This document shows positions 47,898-57,970 of a stretch of 60,562 nucleotides of DNA, piece after piece. The DNA lies in the IMG/VR virus record IMGVR_UViG_3300032232_000510, positions 1 to 60,562 of that record. One strand, given 5' to 3'. Position 1 is the first letter of the stretch, and each line of letters starts with the position of its first letter. This stretch comes from a virus (taxonomy: Duplodnaviria > Caudoviricetes). Position numbers and translations under genes: made by a program. The notes under the pieces were generated by a model. That model did not search any database and had not been told where the DNA came from. It saw only the letters and a program-made list of their open reading frames with translations.

Positions 47898-49849
47898 AAC
47901 CAATTTACCTAGACTTTGAGACTTACTGGAGCGTAGAGCATACGCTTACTAGGATGTCCCCAACTGAGTACGTCATGCACCCTGATACGGAAATTATTTC
48001 TGTGTCGATCAAGGAAGGTGATGCACCTACGTACGTTTTGTTCGGGGAAGAAAACCTATGGCAGCATTTGCAATCAATGGACTGGTCAGATGCAATGGCT
48101 ATTGGGCACAATATGTCTGGGTTTGACGCAATGATTTTGGCGATGCGTATGGGCATCAGCCCGAAGATGTATGGATGCACCGCCGCTATGGCCCGCAGCC
48201 GATACTCAAAGACCGCAGTTAGCTTGGGGGGTAAGCAGTTGATCGGGGTGTCGCTTAAGAAATTGGCTGTGGAACTGGATGTAGGGCGAAAGCTGGACTT
48301 GGAAGCCACTAATACTAAGGGTAAACACTTAGTTGACTTTACACCCGAGGAACTTGCCTCAATGGCAGAGTACAACAAGATAGATACAGACTTGTGTGCA
48401 GCTATATTTAAGATATTAGTTAGGGGTTTCCCTAAATCAGAGCTTATGCAGATTGACATGACTACACGGATGCTGGTTGAGCCGCAATTTGTACTGGACT
48501 ACCCGATGGTGCATAAAGCCTTGGCTGAAGTCAAAGAAGAAAAGCGTACGTCATTGCGGGGGTTAGCTAATGCACTGGGAATTTCTAGTTACACCAGCAC
48601 TACTTTGGAGACCGGCGTTTCAATCGAAGAGCAAATACGTACTGAACTGGCTAGCTCAAAGAAGTTTGGTGAGCTACTTGGGCGTTTGGGCATTGAAGTG
48701 CCGATGAAAGTTTCCCCTACCAACCCTGAGAAGATGACCCCTGCACTGGCTAAAACAGATGAGGCGTTTATTGCGTTGCAAAATCATCCAAACAAACTGA
48801 TAGCCGAAGCCGCACGAACTCGACTTGAAGTTAAGTCAACAATCTTGGAGTCGCGCCTTCAAGCATTCTTGAATGCAGCAGAAGCATGTAACGGAAAGCT
48901 TCCAGTACCGCTTAAATACGCAGGAGCAGATACAACAGGTCGGTGGTCAGGTGAGCAATACAACATGCAGAATCTGCCAAGGATTGACCCAAAGAAGCCC
49001 AAGCCGTCTGATGCCTTACGTATGTCGCTTGCAGCACCACGAGGCCATAAGGTGGTTGTGGCAGACCTTTCCGGAATTGAGTTGCGTGTCAACATGTTTC
49101 TATGGAAAGTGCCGTACGCTATGGAGTTGTTTAGGGCTGATCCGGGAGGGGCAGACTTATATAGGTACTTTGCAGCCAATGACTTGTACAGTATCCCCGA
49201 AGATGAAGTTACCAAGAATCAACGACAGGTGGGCAAGATTTCCCACTTGGGGTTAGGCTTTGGTGCTGGTGGTGCTACGTTCCAAAAGGTAGCCAAGTTG
49301 ATGGGCGGCATAGAAATGGATTTGGACGAGTCAACCAGTGTCGTAAACAAGTACCGCGACGCTCACCCTGAAATTGTAGGTGGATGGCGGGCGTTCCAAG
49401 ACAACATTACCAATATCAAACAGGGCATTGAGTCTCAGATAGACCCGTGGGGGCATTGCATAGTTGAGAAAGAAGCTGTAAAGCTGCCGTCTGGACGTAA
49501 GATTTATTACCCTGACTTACACCGCCGACAGGAAAACGGCAAGTCGGAATGGTGGTACGGCAATAACCGGGCGCAAGCACGTATTTACGCAGGGAAAGGC
49601 GTAGAGAATTTGGTGCAAGCCTTGGCCCGCGATGTGATTGCGGAACATGCATTAACTGTGTACAAACTGACTGGGCAAAAGCCAGCACTCATGGTTCACG
49701 ACGAGTTGGTGTACATCGTTCCGGAGGAGCAGGCACAAGAAACATTAGATACTGTACAAGGTGTAATGCGTAAGGGGGTGTCATGGTGGCCTGAGTTGAT
49801 TACATGGTCAGAAGGTGACATTGGAAACCGTTATGGGGATGCAAAATAA
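47894..49849 (+). CDS. polA: DNA polymerase, family A, with 3'-5' exonuclease
   Basis: LDFET (ExoI), HNMSGFD (ExoII), YNKID (ExoIII), TTGRWS, NMQNLP, DLSGIELRV (A), RQVGKISHLGLGFG (B), VHDE (C). Confidence 0.95.
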   Translation: MKPIYLDFETYWSVEHTLTRMSPTEYVMHPDTEIISVSIKEGDAPTYVLFGEENLWQHLQSMDWSDAMAIGHNMSGFDAMILAMRMGISPKMYGCTAAMARSRYSKTAVSLGGKQLIGVSLKKLAVELDVGRKLDLEATNTKGKHLVDFTPEELASMAEYNKIDTDLCAAIFKILVRGFPKSELMQIDMTTRMLVEPQFVLDYPMVHKALAEVKEEKRTSLRGLANALGISSYTSTTLETGVSIEEQIRTELASSKKFGELLGRLGIEVPMKVSPTNPEKMTPALAKTDEAFIALQNHPNKLIAEAARTRLEVKSTILESRLQAFLNAAEACNGKLPVPLKYAGADTTGRWSGEQYNMQNLPRIDPKKPKPSDALRMSLAAPRGHKVVVADLSGIELRVNMFLWKVPYAMELFRADPGGADLYRYFAANDLYSIPEDEVTKNQRQVGKISHLGLGFGAGGATFQKVAKLMGGIEMDLDESTSVVNKYRDAHPEIVGGWRAFQDNITNIKQGIESQIDPWGHCIVEKEAVKLPSGRKIYYPDLHRRQENGKSEWWYGNNRAQARIYAGKGVENLVQALARDVIAEHALTVYKLTGQKPALMVHDELVYIVPEEQAQETLDTVQGVMRKGVSWWPELITWSEGDIGNRYGDAK

Positions 49850-49851
49850 TG

Positions 49852-49879
49852 TTGCCAAACTTCAAAAACCTGATACAGT
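49852..49879 (+). promoter_or_regulatory. Possible sigma70 promoter
   Basis: TTGCCA-16nt-TACAGT with TG extension. Confidence 0.4.
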
Positions 49880-49945
49880 AGTGGCTACAAAATCTGTTCC
49901 TAGGCATCGAATAATGCTTTAGGGACGCTACTGCATTGGAGCGAA

Positions 49946-50599
49946 ATGACCCAGCCCGCATGGACATATTCCCAGTTGGATACGTTTGAAACGTGCCCAC
50001 GAAAGTTCTACCATTTGAAAGTAGTTCGGGACATTGTTGAGCCCCCAACAGTGCATACCGAGTGGGGCAAGAAAGTTCATACGGCGTTTGAAAACTTTGT
50101 TCTGCACGGGGAAATGCTGCCTGAAGGTATGGAGCAATGGCAACCGCTGGCTTACAAACTAGCGTTACTGCCGGGACAAAAACTTGCAGAGAAATCGTAT
50201 GCGATTGATCGGGATTTTCAGCCATGCGATTGGAAAGCTGCATGGAGCCGGGGCATAGCTGACTTGGTTGTGATTCACAACAATAAAGCTGCCGTACTAG
50301 ACTACAAAACAGGAAAGCGAAAGCCTACTGAACAGTTGTCTTTGTATGCTGCTTATGTGTTCCACCATCACCCCGAAGTTGACCATGTTACGACGGGGTT
50401 TGTGTGGCTGAAGGAACGCCGCATTGATTGGAACACCTACACCAGAGAAGACATTGCAACCATATGGCAAAACCTACTGCCCCGAGCCAAGAAATTGGAC
50501 TCAGCGTACGAGCGTGACAAGTGGCCCGCAAAGACTTCCGGACTGTGCAAAGCATGGTGTCCAGTAACTTCATGCGAGTTCAACGGGAGAAAGACATGA
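49946..50599 (+). CDS. PD-(D/E)xK exonuclease (RecB/Cas4-like)
   Basis: YSQLDTFETCPR, GIADL, DYKTGK, QLSLYA, C-terminal LCKAWCPVTSC. Confidence 0.9.
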   Translation: MTQPAWTYSQLDTFETCPRKFYHLKVVRDIVEPPTVHTEWGKKVHTAFENFVLHGEMLPEGMEQWQPLAYKLALLPGQKLAEKSYAIDRDFQPCDWKAAWSRGIADLVVIHNNKAAVLDYKTGKRKPTEQLSLYAAYVFHHHPEVDHVTTGFVWLKERRIDWNTYTREDIATIWQNLLPRAKKLDSAYERDKWPAKTSGLCKAWCPVTSCEFNGRKT

Positions 50600-50883
50600 C
50601 TTACGACGCAAAGAAAAAAGCTTGGTGGGAGTGGCATAAAGAAAACCCTCAGGTCTGGTCTTATTTTGAACGCTTTGCACTACAAGCTGTTGACAATAAA
50701 AGAAAAAAGATTAGTCATTGGTTAATTGTTAACCGGATTCGTTGGGAGACCGCGATTATTACAACAGGTGAAGAATTTAAGATTAGCAACGATTACATAG
50801 CGTTTTACGCTAGATTGTGGAAGGCAAGATATCCACAATACGCTGATTTGTTTAACACCAAAAAGATGAAGGGTGAACCCTGA
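50596..50883 (+). CDS. Hypothetical protein
   Basis: ATGA overlap; WHKENPQVW...NRIRWE...FYARL. Confidence 0.65.
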   Translation: MTYDAKKKAWWEWHKENPQVWSYFERFALQAVDNKRKKISHWLIVNRIRWETAIITTGEEFKISNDYIAFYARLWKARYPQYADLFNTKKMKGEP

Positions 50884-51185
50884 TGGCTCAGACACCCGAA
50901 GGCAAAGTTAAAGTTGCAGTTCGTAAAGTTCTGAAAGAAAACAACGTATGGTTTTTCCAACCAATGCAAAACGGAATGGGTGTAGTTGGCATACCGGATT
51001 TTGTATGCTGCTACAAAGGAATTTTTCTGGCTATTGAAACAAAAGCGCCGGGCAAGATAGCAAACGTAACACCAAACCAAAGGAGAGTCATTGACGAAAT
51101 ACGATTACACAAAGGATGGGCGCTAGTTGTTGACGATGCGAAAGCAGTCAGCAGTGTGTTGGAGTTAATTAACTTGGAGATTTAA
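50883..51185 (+). CDS. VRR-NUC domain nuclease
   Basis: TPEGKVK, GIPDF, AIETKAPG, TPNQ. Confidence 0.88.
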   Translation: MAQTPEGKVKVAVRKVLKENNVWFFQPMQNGMGVVGIPDFVCCYKGIFLAIETKAPGKIANVTPNQRRVIDEIRLHKGWALVVDDAKAVSSVLELINLEI

Positions 51186-51186
51186 C

Positions 51187-51453
51187 ATGGTCATGTCCAC
51201 TAAACAGAAATTGGAATACCAAAAAGCCTACAACGCTAAACCGGCAGAAGTTGCCAAGCGTGTGAAAAACAATGCAGCCCGCCGAGAAGCTATACGTGAA
51301 GGCAAAGCATCAGTAGGCGACGGTAAAGATGTTGCACACAAAAAGTCATTGGAAAACGGCGGAGCAAACACCAAGGGCAATACAGTTGTCCAAGACCGAG
51401 CAACCAATAGAGCATGGAGGAAAGGCAGTGGCAGTTACAACCCAGACAAATGA
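51187..51453 (+). CDS. Small HNH-like protein
   Basis: GDGKDVAHKKSLENGG...N...NR. Confidence 0.6.
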   Translation: MVMSTKQKLEYQKAYNAKPAEVAKRVKNNAARREAIREGKASVGDGKDVAHKKSLENGGANTKGNTVVQDRATNRAWRKGSGSYNPDK

Positions 51454-51658
51454 AGGAATTTGGGCTAAGCCCGCTACGTTTTTTGGTGAAAAAGTTCCTT
51501 GTGGAATTACACACATTGAGTTAAATCGGACACACCATACCTTTTACGACCACGAACTTAGATGGATAAACAAAAATGCAGAAATACACACTATGCCTTT
51601 TGAGCACACCGATGAAGCAATAAACGCAGCCTTGGTTGCAATGAAACTTACATGCTAA
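51428..51658 (+). CDS. Hypothetical protein
   Basis: GTG 51428 with GGAGG 7 nt upstream; overlaps the helicase start. Confidence 0.55.
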   Translation: MAVTTQTNEGIWAKPATFFGEKVPCGITHIELNRTHHTFYDHELRWINKNAEIHTMPFEHTDEAINAALVAMKLTC

Positions 51659-53220
51659 TACACAAAGAAAAAAAGGCAGTCGTACTCAAACTTAAGAACC
51701 CCGCACGAGTAACGACTGTCATACCAACATCAGTTCTTGTAGAACACAAAGGGGATACGTTAGTAGCAGTACCGCATAGGCCAGACGAGACTAGGGTGCT
51801 GCGAAATTTAGGCTTTGAAGTTCCTGACCCGATGCCCATTCATTACGAATGGCCCAAGGTTAGCGGGAAGCATTTGCCATTTAACGCGCAGCGAGAGACT
51901 TCATCGTTTCTATCTATGCACAGTAGGGCGTTTTGCCTGAACGATATGGGCACAGGAAAGACTAACAGTGCCTTGTGGTCATACGACTATTTACGCCGAG
52001 TGAAACAGGTAAACAAAGTCTTGGTTGTCTGCCCTCTGTCCACGATGGAGCGCACATGGGCTGATTCGGTGTTTAACACGTTTCCTCACTTGGATGCTGT
52101 CGTACTGCACGGCTCACGAGAGCGTAGGGTTAAGCTGCTTAAACAAGACGTAGACATATACATCATAAACATTGACGGTCTATCTACCATTAGGAGGGAA
52201 CTAGCCAACCGGGAGGACATTGACTTAGTAGTTATCGACGAGCTTGCGCTTGCAAGAAACTCCAGCACTGACCGTTGGAAAATTCTTAACGAGATTTGCA
52301 ACAAGCAAATGCCAAGGCGTGTGTGGGGCATGACTGGTTCGCCAACACCAAACGCACCAACAGATGCATGGGCACAATGCAAACTGGTAACCCCAGACAA
52401 CCCAGACATGCCAAAGTATTTTGGTGGGTTTAGGGATAAAGTTATGCGTCAGATAACACCCTTCAAGTGGATTGCCAAACCGAATGCAAACGATGTGGTG
52501 TATGGGATGATGCAGCCGTCCATTCGTTACTCATTGGATGACTGTACAGACTTGCCCGAGCAGACATTTATTACCCGTGATGTGGCAATGACTACTGAGC
52601 AGACCGCAGCGTACAAAGACATGTTATCTAAGCTAGCAACCGAGTACGCAGGCGGGCAGATTTTGGCGGTTAACGAAGCAGTGAAAACCAACAAGCTGAT
52701 TCAGATTGCTTGCGGTGTCGCGTACGGGACAGATGGCTCTAGCATTTCCATACCATGCAAACCTAGAATCGAAGTCCTGAAGGAGTTGATTGAAGAGTCT
52801 GAGGGCAAAGTGATTGTGTTTGTTCCTCTTACCGGAGCGCTAGAAATGGTTGCTAAAGAAGTTGCAGCCGTTGCCAGTGTAGAAATTGTGCATGGCGGCA
52901 CTAGCAAAAGCAATCGTGACCGTATTTTTAGCGACTTCCAAAAGCAAACCGACCCGAGAGTAATAATTGCCAACGCATCCACTATGTCCCACGGGTTAAC
53001 CCTAACTGCGGCGTCCCTTGTTATTTGGTACGCTCCAGTCCACAGCAACGAGACGTATGAACAGGCTTGCGCTAGAGTTCGACGACCCGGGCAAACACGG
53101 ACAACGGTGATCGCACACATTGCCAGTTCCGAGGTAGAGCGGCGCGTGTATAAGCGCCTACAAGAGCGGCAGTCCATGCAAGGATTGCTATTGGAATTAA
53201 TGAAAGAACGACCTGAATAG
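51652..53220 (+). CDS. SNF2-like superfamily 2 helicase
   Basis: DMGTGKT, VIDELA, MTGSP, HGLTLTAA, QACARVRRPGQ. Confidence 0.9.
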   Translation: MLIHKEKKAVVLKLKNPARVTTVIPTSVLVEHKGDTLVAVPHRPDETRVLRNLGFEVPDPMPIHYEWPKVSGKHLPFNAQRETSSFLSMHSRAFCLNDMGTGKTNSALWSYDYLRRVKQVNKVLVVCPLSTMERTWADSVFNTFPHLDAVVLHGSRERRVKLLKQDVDIYIINIDGLSTIRRELANREDIDLVVIDELALARNSSTDRWKILNEICNKQMPRRVWGMTGSPTPNAPTDAWAQCKLVTPDNPDMPKYFGGFRDKVMRQITPFKWIAKPNANDVVYGMMQPSIRYSLDDCTDLPEQTFITRDVAMTTEQTAAYKDMLSKLATEYAGGQILAVNEAVKTNKLIQIACGVAYGTDGSSISIPCKPRIEVLKELIEESEGKVIVFVPLTGALEMVAKEVAAVASVEIVHGGTSKSNRDRIFSDFQKQTDPRVIIANASTMSHGLTLTAASLVIWYAPVHSNETYEQACARVRRPGQTRTTVIAHIASSEVERRVYKRLQERQSMQGLLLELMKERPE

Positions 53221-53270
53221 GAGGCCACCACTGAAATTTACGTACCCCGATATCAACCAAGGAAAAAACT

Positions 53271-53654
53271 ATGAAACTATCAGAAGCAGTAGAAATTTAT
53301 ATCAAGCTACGCGATCAAAAAGTGCAGATTAAAGCGGAATTCGATGCTAGGATTGCGCCCCTGAACGAAAAAATGGAAAAACTAGAAGCCAAGCTTTTAG
53401 AAGTGTTTAACAAGACAGGCATGGATTCGGTGAAGACTGAATTCGGTACAGCATATGCCTCAACCCTGACAACGGCCAGTGTTGCTGACCGTGAAGTTTT
53501 CATGGAATACGTGAAAGCAAACGAGGAATGGAGTCTGCTTGAAATCCGGGCATCAAAACCGGCAGTTGAGCAGTTCCGGACTGAGCACCAAGACATCCCA
53601 CCCGGGATTACCCTGAGAGAAGAGCGTGTGGTAAAAATCCGCCGTTCCAACTAA
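53271..53654 (+). CDS. Hypothetical coiled-coil replication-module protein
   Basis: YIKLRD...SVKTEFGT...IPPGI. Confidence 0.7.
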   Translation: MKLSEAVEIYIKLRDQKVQIKAEFDARIAPLNEKMEKLEAKLLEVFNKTGMDSVKTEFGTAYASTLTTASVADREVFMEYVKANEEWSLLEIRASKPAVEQFRTEHQDIPPGITLREERVVKIRRSN

Positions 53655-53680
53655 CTTTAACCATCGACCATATAAATACC

Positions 53681-54559
53681 ATGAACATCATCCCCTTTGA
53701 CTCCAATAAAAATCTACCAGCTTTCCTGAAAAACATTGACATTGCAGCCCTGAATGCTGACTTGACATCCCATGCGGGTGCAGGCTTTCCAGTAATCTCC
53801 TTGAAGGGCAAGACGTTTTCTGTAGTGCGTGATGGTGAGCGGGAAATTCAAATGAATCCCAAAGACCCTGAAAGCGCAGCAACTAGCCTCAACGTGGTGT
53901 TGCTCAAGGCAAACAAAAACACCAGCAAAGTGTTTTACCTCAAGGGCTACGACAAAGATAGCGAAGGCCAAAAGCCTGACTGCTATTCCGCCGACGGTGT
54001 TACTCCAGCAGCCGATTCGCAGAACAAACAATCTGCCAAGTGCGTAACGTGTGCCCACAACCAATGGGGTTCCCGCATCAGCGAAAAAGGCGCTACTAAG
54101 GGTAAGGCTTGCAACGACACTGTTCGGATGGCTGTAGCCCCCAACGGGCAGATCAACGACCCCATGCTGTTGCGTGTACCACCCGCATCAATCAAAGCAC
54201 TGGGCGAGTACGGCAAGATGCTGGCAAAACGCGGAGTTGGCTACAGTATGGTTGTGACCAAGGTTGGTTTTGACTTGGAAGCCGAGTCTCCCAAGTTGAT
54301 TTTTAGCGCAGTTGGTTTGTTGGATGACCAAGGTTTTGCCGAAGTGCAGGACATTGTAAATTCTGATATCGTGTCCAATATCTTGGGCTCAACCGAAACC
54401 GCTGTAATCACTGCACTTGCCGCCGCCCCTGAAGCCGAAGAAAAAGCAGCAGCACCTAAAGCGGAAGAAGCCCCGGCTCCAAAACCAAAAGCAAAAGCAA
54501 AACCTGTTCCGATTGAGGAACCTGAACTTGACCTCGACGGAATCAATTTCGACGACTAA
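53681..54559 (+). CDS. Putative ssDNA-binding/annealing protein
   Basis: Cys cluster (C...CVTC...C), LLRVPPAS, Ala/Pro/Lys linker and acidic tail DLDGINFDD. Confidence 0.6.
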   Translation: MNIIPFDSNKNLPAFLKNIDIAALNADLTSHAGAGFPVISLKGKTFSVVRDGEREIQMNPKDPESAATSLNVVLLKANKNTSKVFYLKGYDKDSEGQKPDCYSADGVTPAADSQNKQSAKCVTCAHNQWGSRISEKGATKGKACNDTVRMAVAPNGQINDPMLLRVPPASIKALGEYGKMLAKRGVGYSMVVTKVGFDLEAESPKLIFSAVGLLDDQGFAEVQDIVNSDIVSNILGSTETAVITALAAAPEAEEKAAAPKAEEAPAPKPKAKAKPVPIEEPELDLDGINFDD

Positions 54560-54580
54560 AGGTTAGGGTATACCCTAGGG

Positions 54581-54608
54581 AGCCCGCTTGCGGGCTTCTT
54601 TTGTTTTT
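54581..54608 (+). terminator. Rho-independent terminator
   Basis: AGCCCGC-TT-GCGGGCT followed by TCTTTTGTTTTT. Confidence 0.7.
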
Positions 54609-54644
54609 AAGGAGTAAGTATGTATATGTTAAGCGGGGTGAACT

Positions 54645-57600
54645 ATGGACACCCTTGAATTTCTAAAAACCATATTGCCTGAACATGGGATTCATTACCT
54701 TGCGTTGTGGAAAGAAGGCTACAGGTTTCCGGCGCACAAGGCGTACATTGACCTTGAGACAATGGCAGCAGCCGTTGATGGGATGGCTAAAAGCAACTCA
54801 ATATCCATATTCCATGCTTGCGCTACCTATCAAAAAGCTGTAATTGAATCCGAGGAAGTAGAGGGTAAAACTAAACGACATTACCGAATACCAGAAAACT
54901 GGGATAGAGCCCGATCTTTTTGGCTTGACATTGATTGTGGTCAAGATAAATTTACACAAGGTCATGGCTACCTGACCAAATCTGACGCTGCAAAAGCTAT
55001 ATTTGGGTTTTCAAAAACCATTGGTTGGCCTAAACCCATGCTAGTGGATTCCGGAAGCGGGCTTCATGCGTACTGGCCCTTGTCAAAGGACATTAAAGCT
55101 GAGTCGTGGAAGAAGGTAGCCACCCTACTTAAAGCAACATTGGCGTACTTAAATGTATTGGCAGACCCAACGCGGACTGCGGACTTCAGTTCCATTTTGC
55201 GACCCGCAGGTTCATTTAACCGCAAGGGGGATACACCTAAAGGTGTCATTGTCAAATCACTGGGAACACCTACTGACCCCAAAGATTTAGCCGTAGCCCT
55301 GAGCAAGTACGTTACCGACAACAACGTAAAACTGATTAGGGAAAACCCTAGTAAGGCGGTATACGCAGACATTAATTCTGACTTAACTGGACACTTAGCG
55401 TCATACCCTGACGTACCGCTAGACGCAAATGTAATGGCTGACAAGTGCGGCCAAGCCCGAGCAATGCGCGATACCAAGGGTGATGTTGGGTATGAGCCGT
55501 GGCGCAGGATTGTTGGCTTGCTTACTTTTTGCGAAAATGGAAGAGCCCTAGCCCAAGCATGGACAGAAAATCGGGAAGCCACTAATCACTCAAACCTTGA
55601 CTGGGATGTTCGATACGACAGTTGGAACGCTGGCGCACCGTTATGCACCTCATTGGAAGCCTGTAACCCCAAGGGGTGCGAGGGCTGTGAGTTCAAAGGC
55701 AAGATCGCAAGCCCATTGGCACTGGCTAGGGTTATCCCTATAAACCAAGAGATTACAACCGAAGTAGTCGCAGAGTCAGGTGAAGTTGAGCAGACAGTTG
55801 CATCCCCGCTACCGCAAGGTTATTTATGGGATGGGAAGTTACTTAGCCGCCTACTACCAGACCGGGATGGAGTTTTAGTTCCGCTATCGTTTTGCGAAAA
55901 TTTGTTTTACCCTATCACGCGCATTCGTGGAGAGGACGGCACGTTTCGCTACGGCATTCGGTTCCACTTGCCTGATAAACGTATACGGGATTTCGAGATT
56001 ACTGGTGAGTCGGTAGCATCCCCAGTTGACTTACTTAGGGCACTAGCCCGCTATGAACTAACCAAGAGCAACCACAAAGACGCAGGAAACCACATGGCAG
56101 CATACTTACTTGACCAGCTTCAAGCATTAAAACGCCGAATAACAGAAACCAACACACTTACATCATTTGGTTGGAAAGACGGACACAAAAGCTTTTTGCT
56201 TGGGGATAATTTGTACACGGAGGACGGCAGCAACCATAAGGTTCTGATTGGCGGCAACGCTCGGGAAAGATCAGCTACATTCGCCAATACGGCGGGTTCA
56301 TTGGAGAAATACTCGGAGTCGCTTAACTATATGTATAGCCGCCCGGCGGCAGTCCATTGGCAGTACGCCATTTGCGCTGGCTGGAGTTCACTGCTATCGC
56401 ACTACTGCGAAGACTTGTACAAGGGGTTGATTCTTGCACTTCATGGTGGGCAGACTGGGCGAGGCAAAACAACCGTATGTCATGCCGCACTTGCAGCCTT
56501 TGGGTCACCCGCTAAGCTGACGCTTAATTCCAAAGACGGGTTTACCACCAATGCTCTGTGGGCTACGCTCGGTGTGTTTAACAACATCCCCGTACTGGTA
56601 GATGAATTGACTGCGGTTGAGCCATCAGTGTTTAGCGACATTGCGTACGGCGTGTCTAACGGGCAAGACCGCATTCGTATGGTGTCCAAGAACGGCGGGG
56701 TTGTGTTTGCAAAGTCATCCGAGTGGCGGCTTAACCTGTACATCACTGGCAACAAAGACTTTCATGGACTGCTGGCAGCTAATCAAGCCAACTCACAAGC
56801 GGAAGCGGTTAGGCTGATTCAACTTAGCGTTGATCGGTACGCACCACTCATGCTTGTCGAACGTAGCTTGTACCCAGATACAGAAGAAGGTTTTGACGAC
56901 TGGCAAACTGCATCGTCACTGGTTGCGTCAGAGCATATTAAGAAGATGCAAGCTAACAGCGGTCATGCTGGGGTAGCGATGGTGAAGTACATCCTTGCCA
57001 ACCATGATGAAGTTTCCAAGATGATGGCAGAAATGCTTGCGAAGTTTACCCATTTACTGCCTAGCCCAAAGTATAGGTTTTACAGGGCGCACAGTGCTTG
57101 CACAATTGTCATATCAAGAATTTCCAATAAACTTAACATTACCCAGTTTGATGTTGACGCGCTGTACGATTTTACTTGCAACCTTATTAGCGACTTGGCC
57201 GAGTCGGTCATGGAAACTAATTCAATTTCCGCCGAAGACGCGTTTCATCGGATGGTCAGCAACTTAGGTTCGCGCATCCTAGTTACCACAGAGTATCGCC
57301 ACCGCAGGGATGGACGAGGGCCGGAAACGCCAAAGAATCGGATTGTGGGCGATGTAGCCGGGCGATACATACTTGGTACAAACAACCACAAGGAGTACGC
57401 CGGTCACTTAGCGTTGTCGCAGAAAGAAGTCCGCGACTGGTGCATGAAAAATCGTATTGATTTCCAAGAAATGATGGGCGCGTTGACCAAGGAGGGGGCG
57501 CTTGTAAAGCAAGGCGAGAAGTTTACGATGACTCGGGGGACAGACTACCCAATGATTCAACAACGCTGCGTTATCGTAGACACGTTGAAACTAGATATTG

Positions 57601-57668
57601 ATTCTATTGCCCCAGCACTAGCGCTGGTATCCAGTCAGTTCGACGGGGAAGCGATAGGTGATGTATGA
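54645..57668 (+). CDS. Primase-helicase (RepB/AEP-like primase plus DUF927-type helicase)
   Basis: WLDIDCG, DSGSGLHAYW, ILRPAGSFN, Cys cluster, FGW, GQTGRGKTT, LVDELT. Confidence 0.88.
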   Translation: MDTLEFLKTILPEHGIHYLALWKEGYRFPAHKAYIDLETMAAAVDGMAKSNSISIFHACATYQKAVIESEEVEGKTKRHYRIPENWDRARSFWLDIDCGQDKFTQGHGYLTKSDAAKAIFGFSKTIGWPKPMLVDSGSGLHAYWPLSKDIKAESWKKVATLLKATLAYLNVLADPTRTADFSSILRPAGSFNRKGDTPKGVIVKSLGTPTDPKDLAVALSKYVTDNNVKLIRENPSKAVYADINSDLTGHLASYPDVPLDANVMADKCGQARAMRDTKGDVGYEPWRRIVGLLTFCENGRALAQAWTENREATNHSNLDWDVRYDSWNAGAPLCTSLEACNPKGCEGCEFKGKIASPLALARVIPINQEITTEVVAESGEVEQTVASPLPQGYLWDGKLLSRLLPDRDGVLVPLSFCENLFYPITRIRGEDGTFRYGIRFHLPDKRIRDFEITGESVASPVDLLRALARYELTKSNHKDAGNHMAAYLLDQLQALKRRITETNTLTSFGWKDGHKSFLLGDNLYTEDGSNHKVLIGGNARERSATFANTAGSLEKYSESLNYMYSRPAAVHWQYAICAGWSSLLSHYCEDLYKGLILALHGGQTGRGKTTVCHAALAAFGSPAKLTLNSKDGFTTNALWATLGVFNNIPVLVDELTAVEPSVFSDIAYGVSNGQDRIRMVSKNGGVVFAKSSEWRLNLYITGNKDFHGLLAANQANSQAEAVRLIQLSVDRYAPLMLVERSLYPDTEEGFDDWQTASSLVASEHIKKMQANSGHAGVAMVKYILANHDEVSKMMAEMLAKFTHLLPSPKYRFYRAHSACTIVISRISNKLNITQFDVDALYDFTCNLISDLAESVMETNSISAEDAFHRMVSNLGSRILVTTEYRHRRDGRGPETPKNRIVGDVAGRYILGTNNHKEYAGHLALSQKEVRDWCMKNRIDFQEMMGALTKEGALVKQGEKFTMTRGTDYPMIQQRCVIVDTLKLDIDSIAPALALVSSQFDGEAIGDV

Positions 57669-57714
57669 TTCAAGGGCTGGCCGTCAAGCCAGTATTCCTT
57701 GATTGATGGTATTT

Positions 57715-57746
57715 GGGGGTGTAAGAAATTACACCCCCTTTCTTTT
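57715..57746. terminator. Terminator between the convergent arms
   Basis: GGGGGTGTAA-GAAA-TTACACCCCC-TTTCTTTT. Confidence 0.8.
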
Positions 57747-57750
57747 GCAG

Positions 57751-57936
57751 TTACTTCTTCATGCCCTTGTGCATTCCGGGCTCCATTTTCTTTTCCATAG
57801 CAGCGTAGGCTTTTTTGCCCGGAGCCATTTTCTTCTCTTTGGCTTCCATAACTTTGGACTCGCCTTTACCAAAAGGGTTTGCTTTTTTAGCGTTGTGGGT
57901 AGCGGTACGTTCACCGCGCATTGGCATAGATTTCAT
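57751..57936 (-). CDS. Small Lys/Met-rich basic protein
   Basis: 61 aa, GGAG RBS. Confidence 0.65.
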   Translation of the reverse strand: MKSMPMRGERTATHNAKKANPFGKGESKVMEAKEKKMAPGKKAYAAMEKKMEPGMHKGMKK

Positions 57937-57970
57937 GATTTCTCCAATTAAAGTTAACGAAAGTTTGCGG

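Noticed and set aside
57665-57750. tRNA or other small RNA after the primase
   Set aside because: Two hairpins, but no cloverleaf or TTCGA T-loop; explained as a terminator region.
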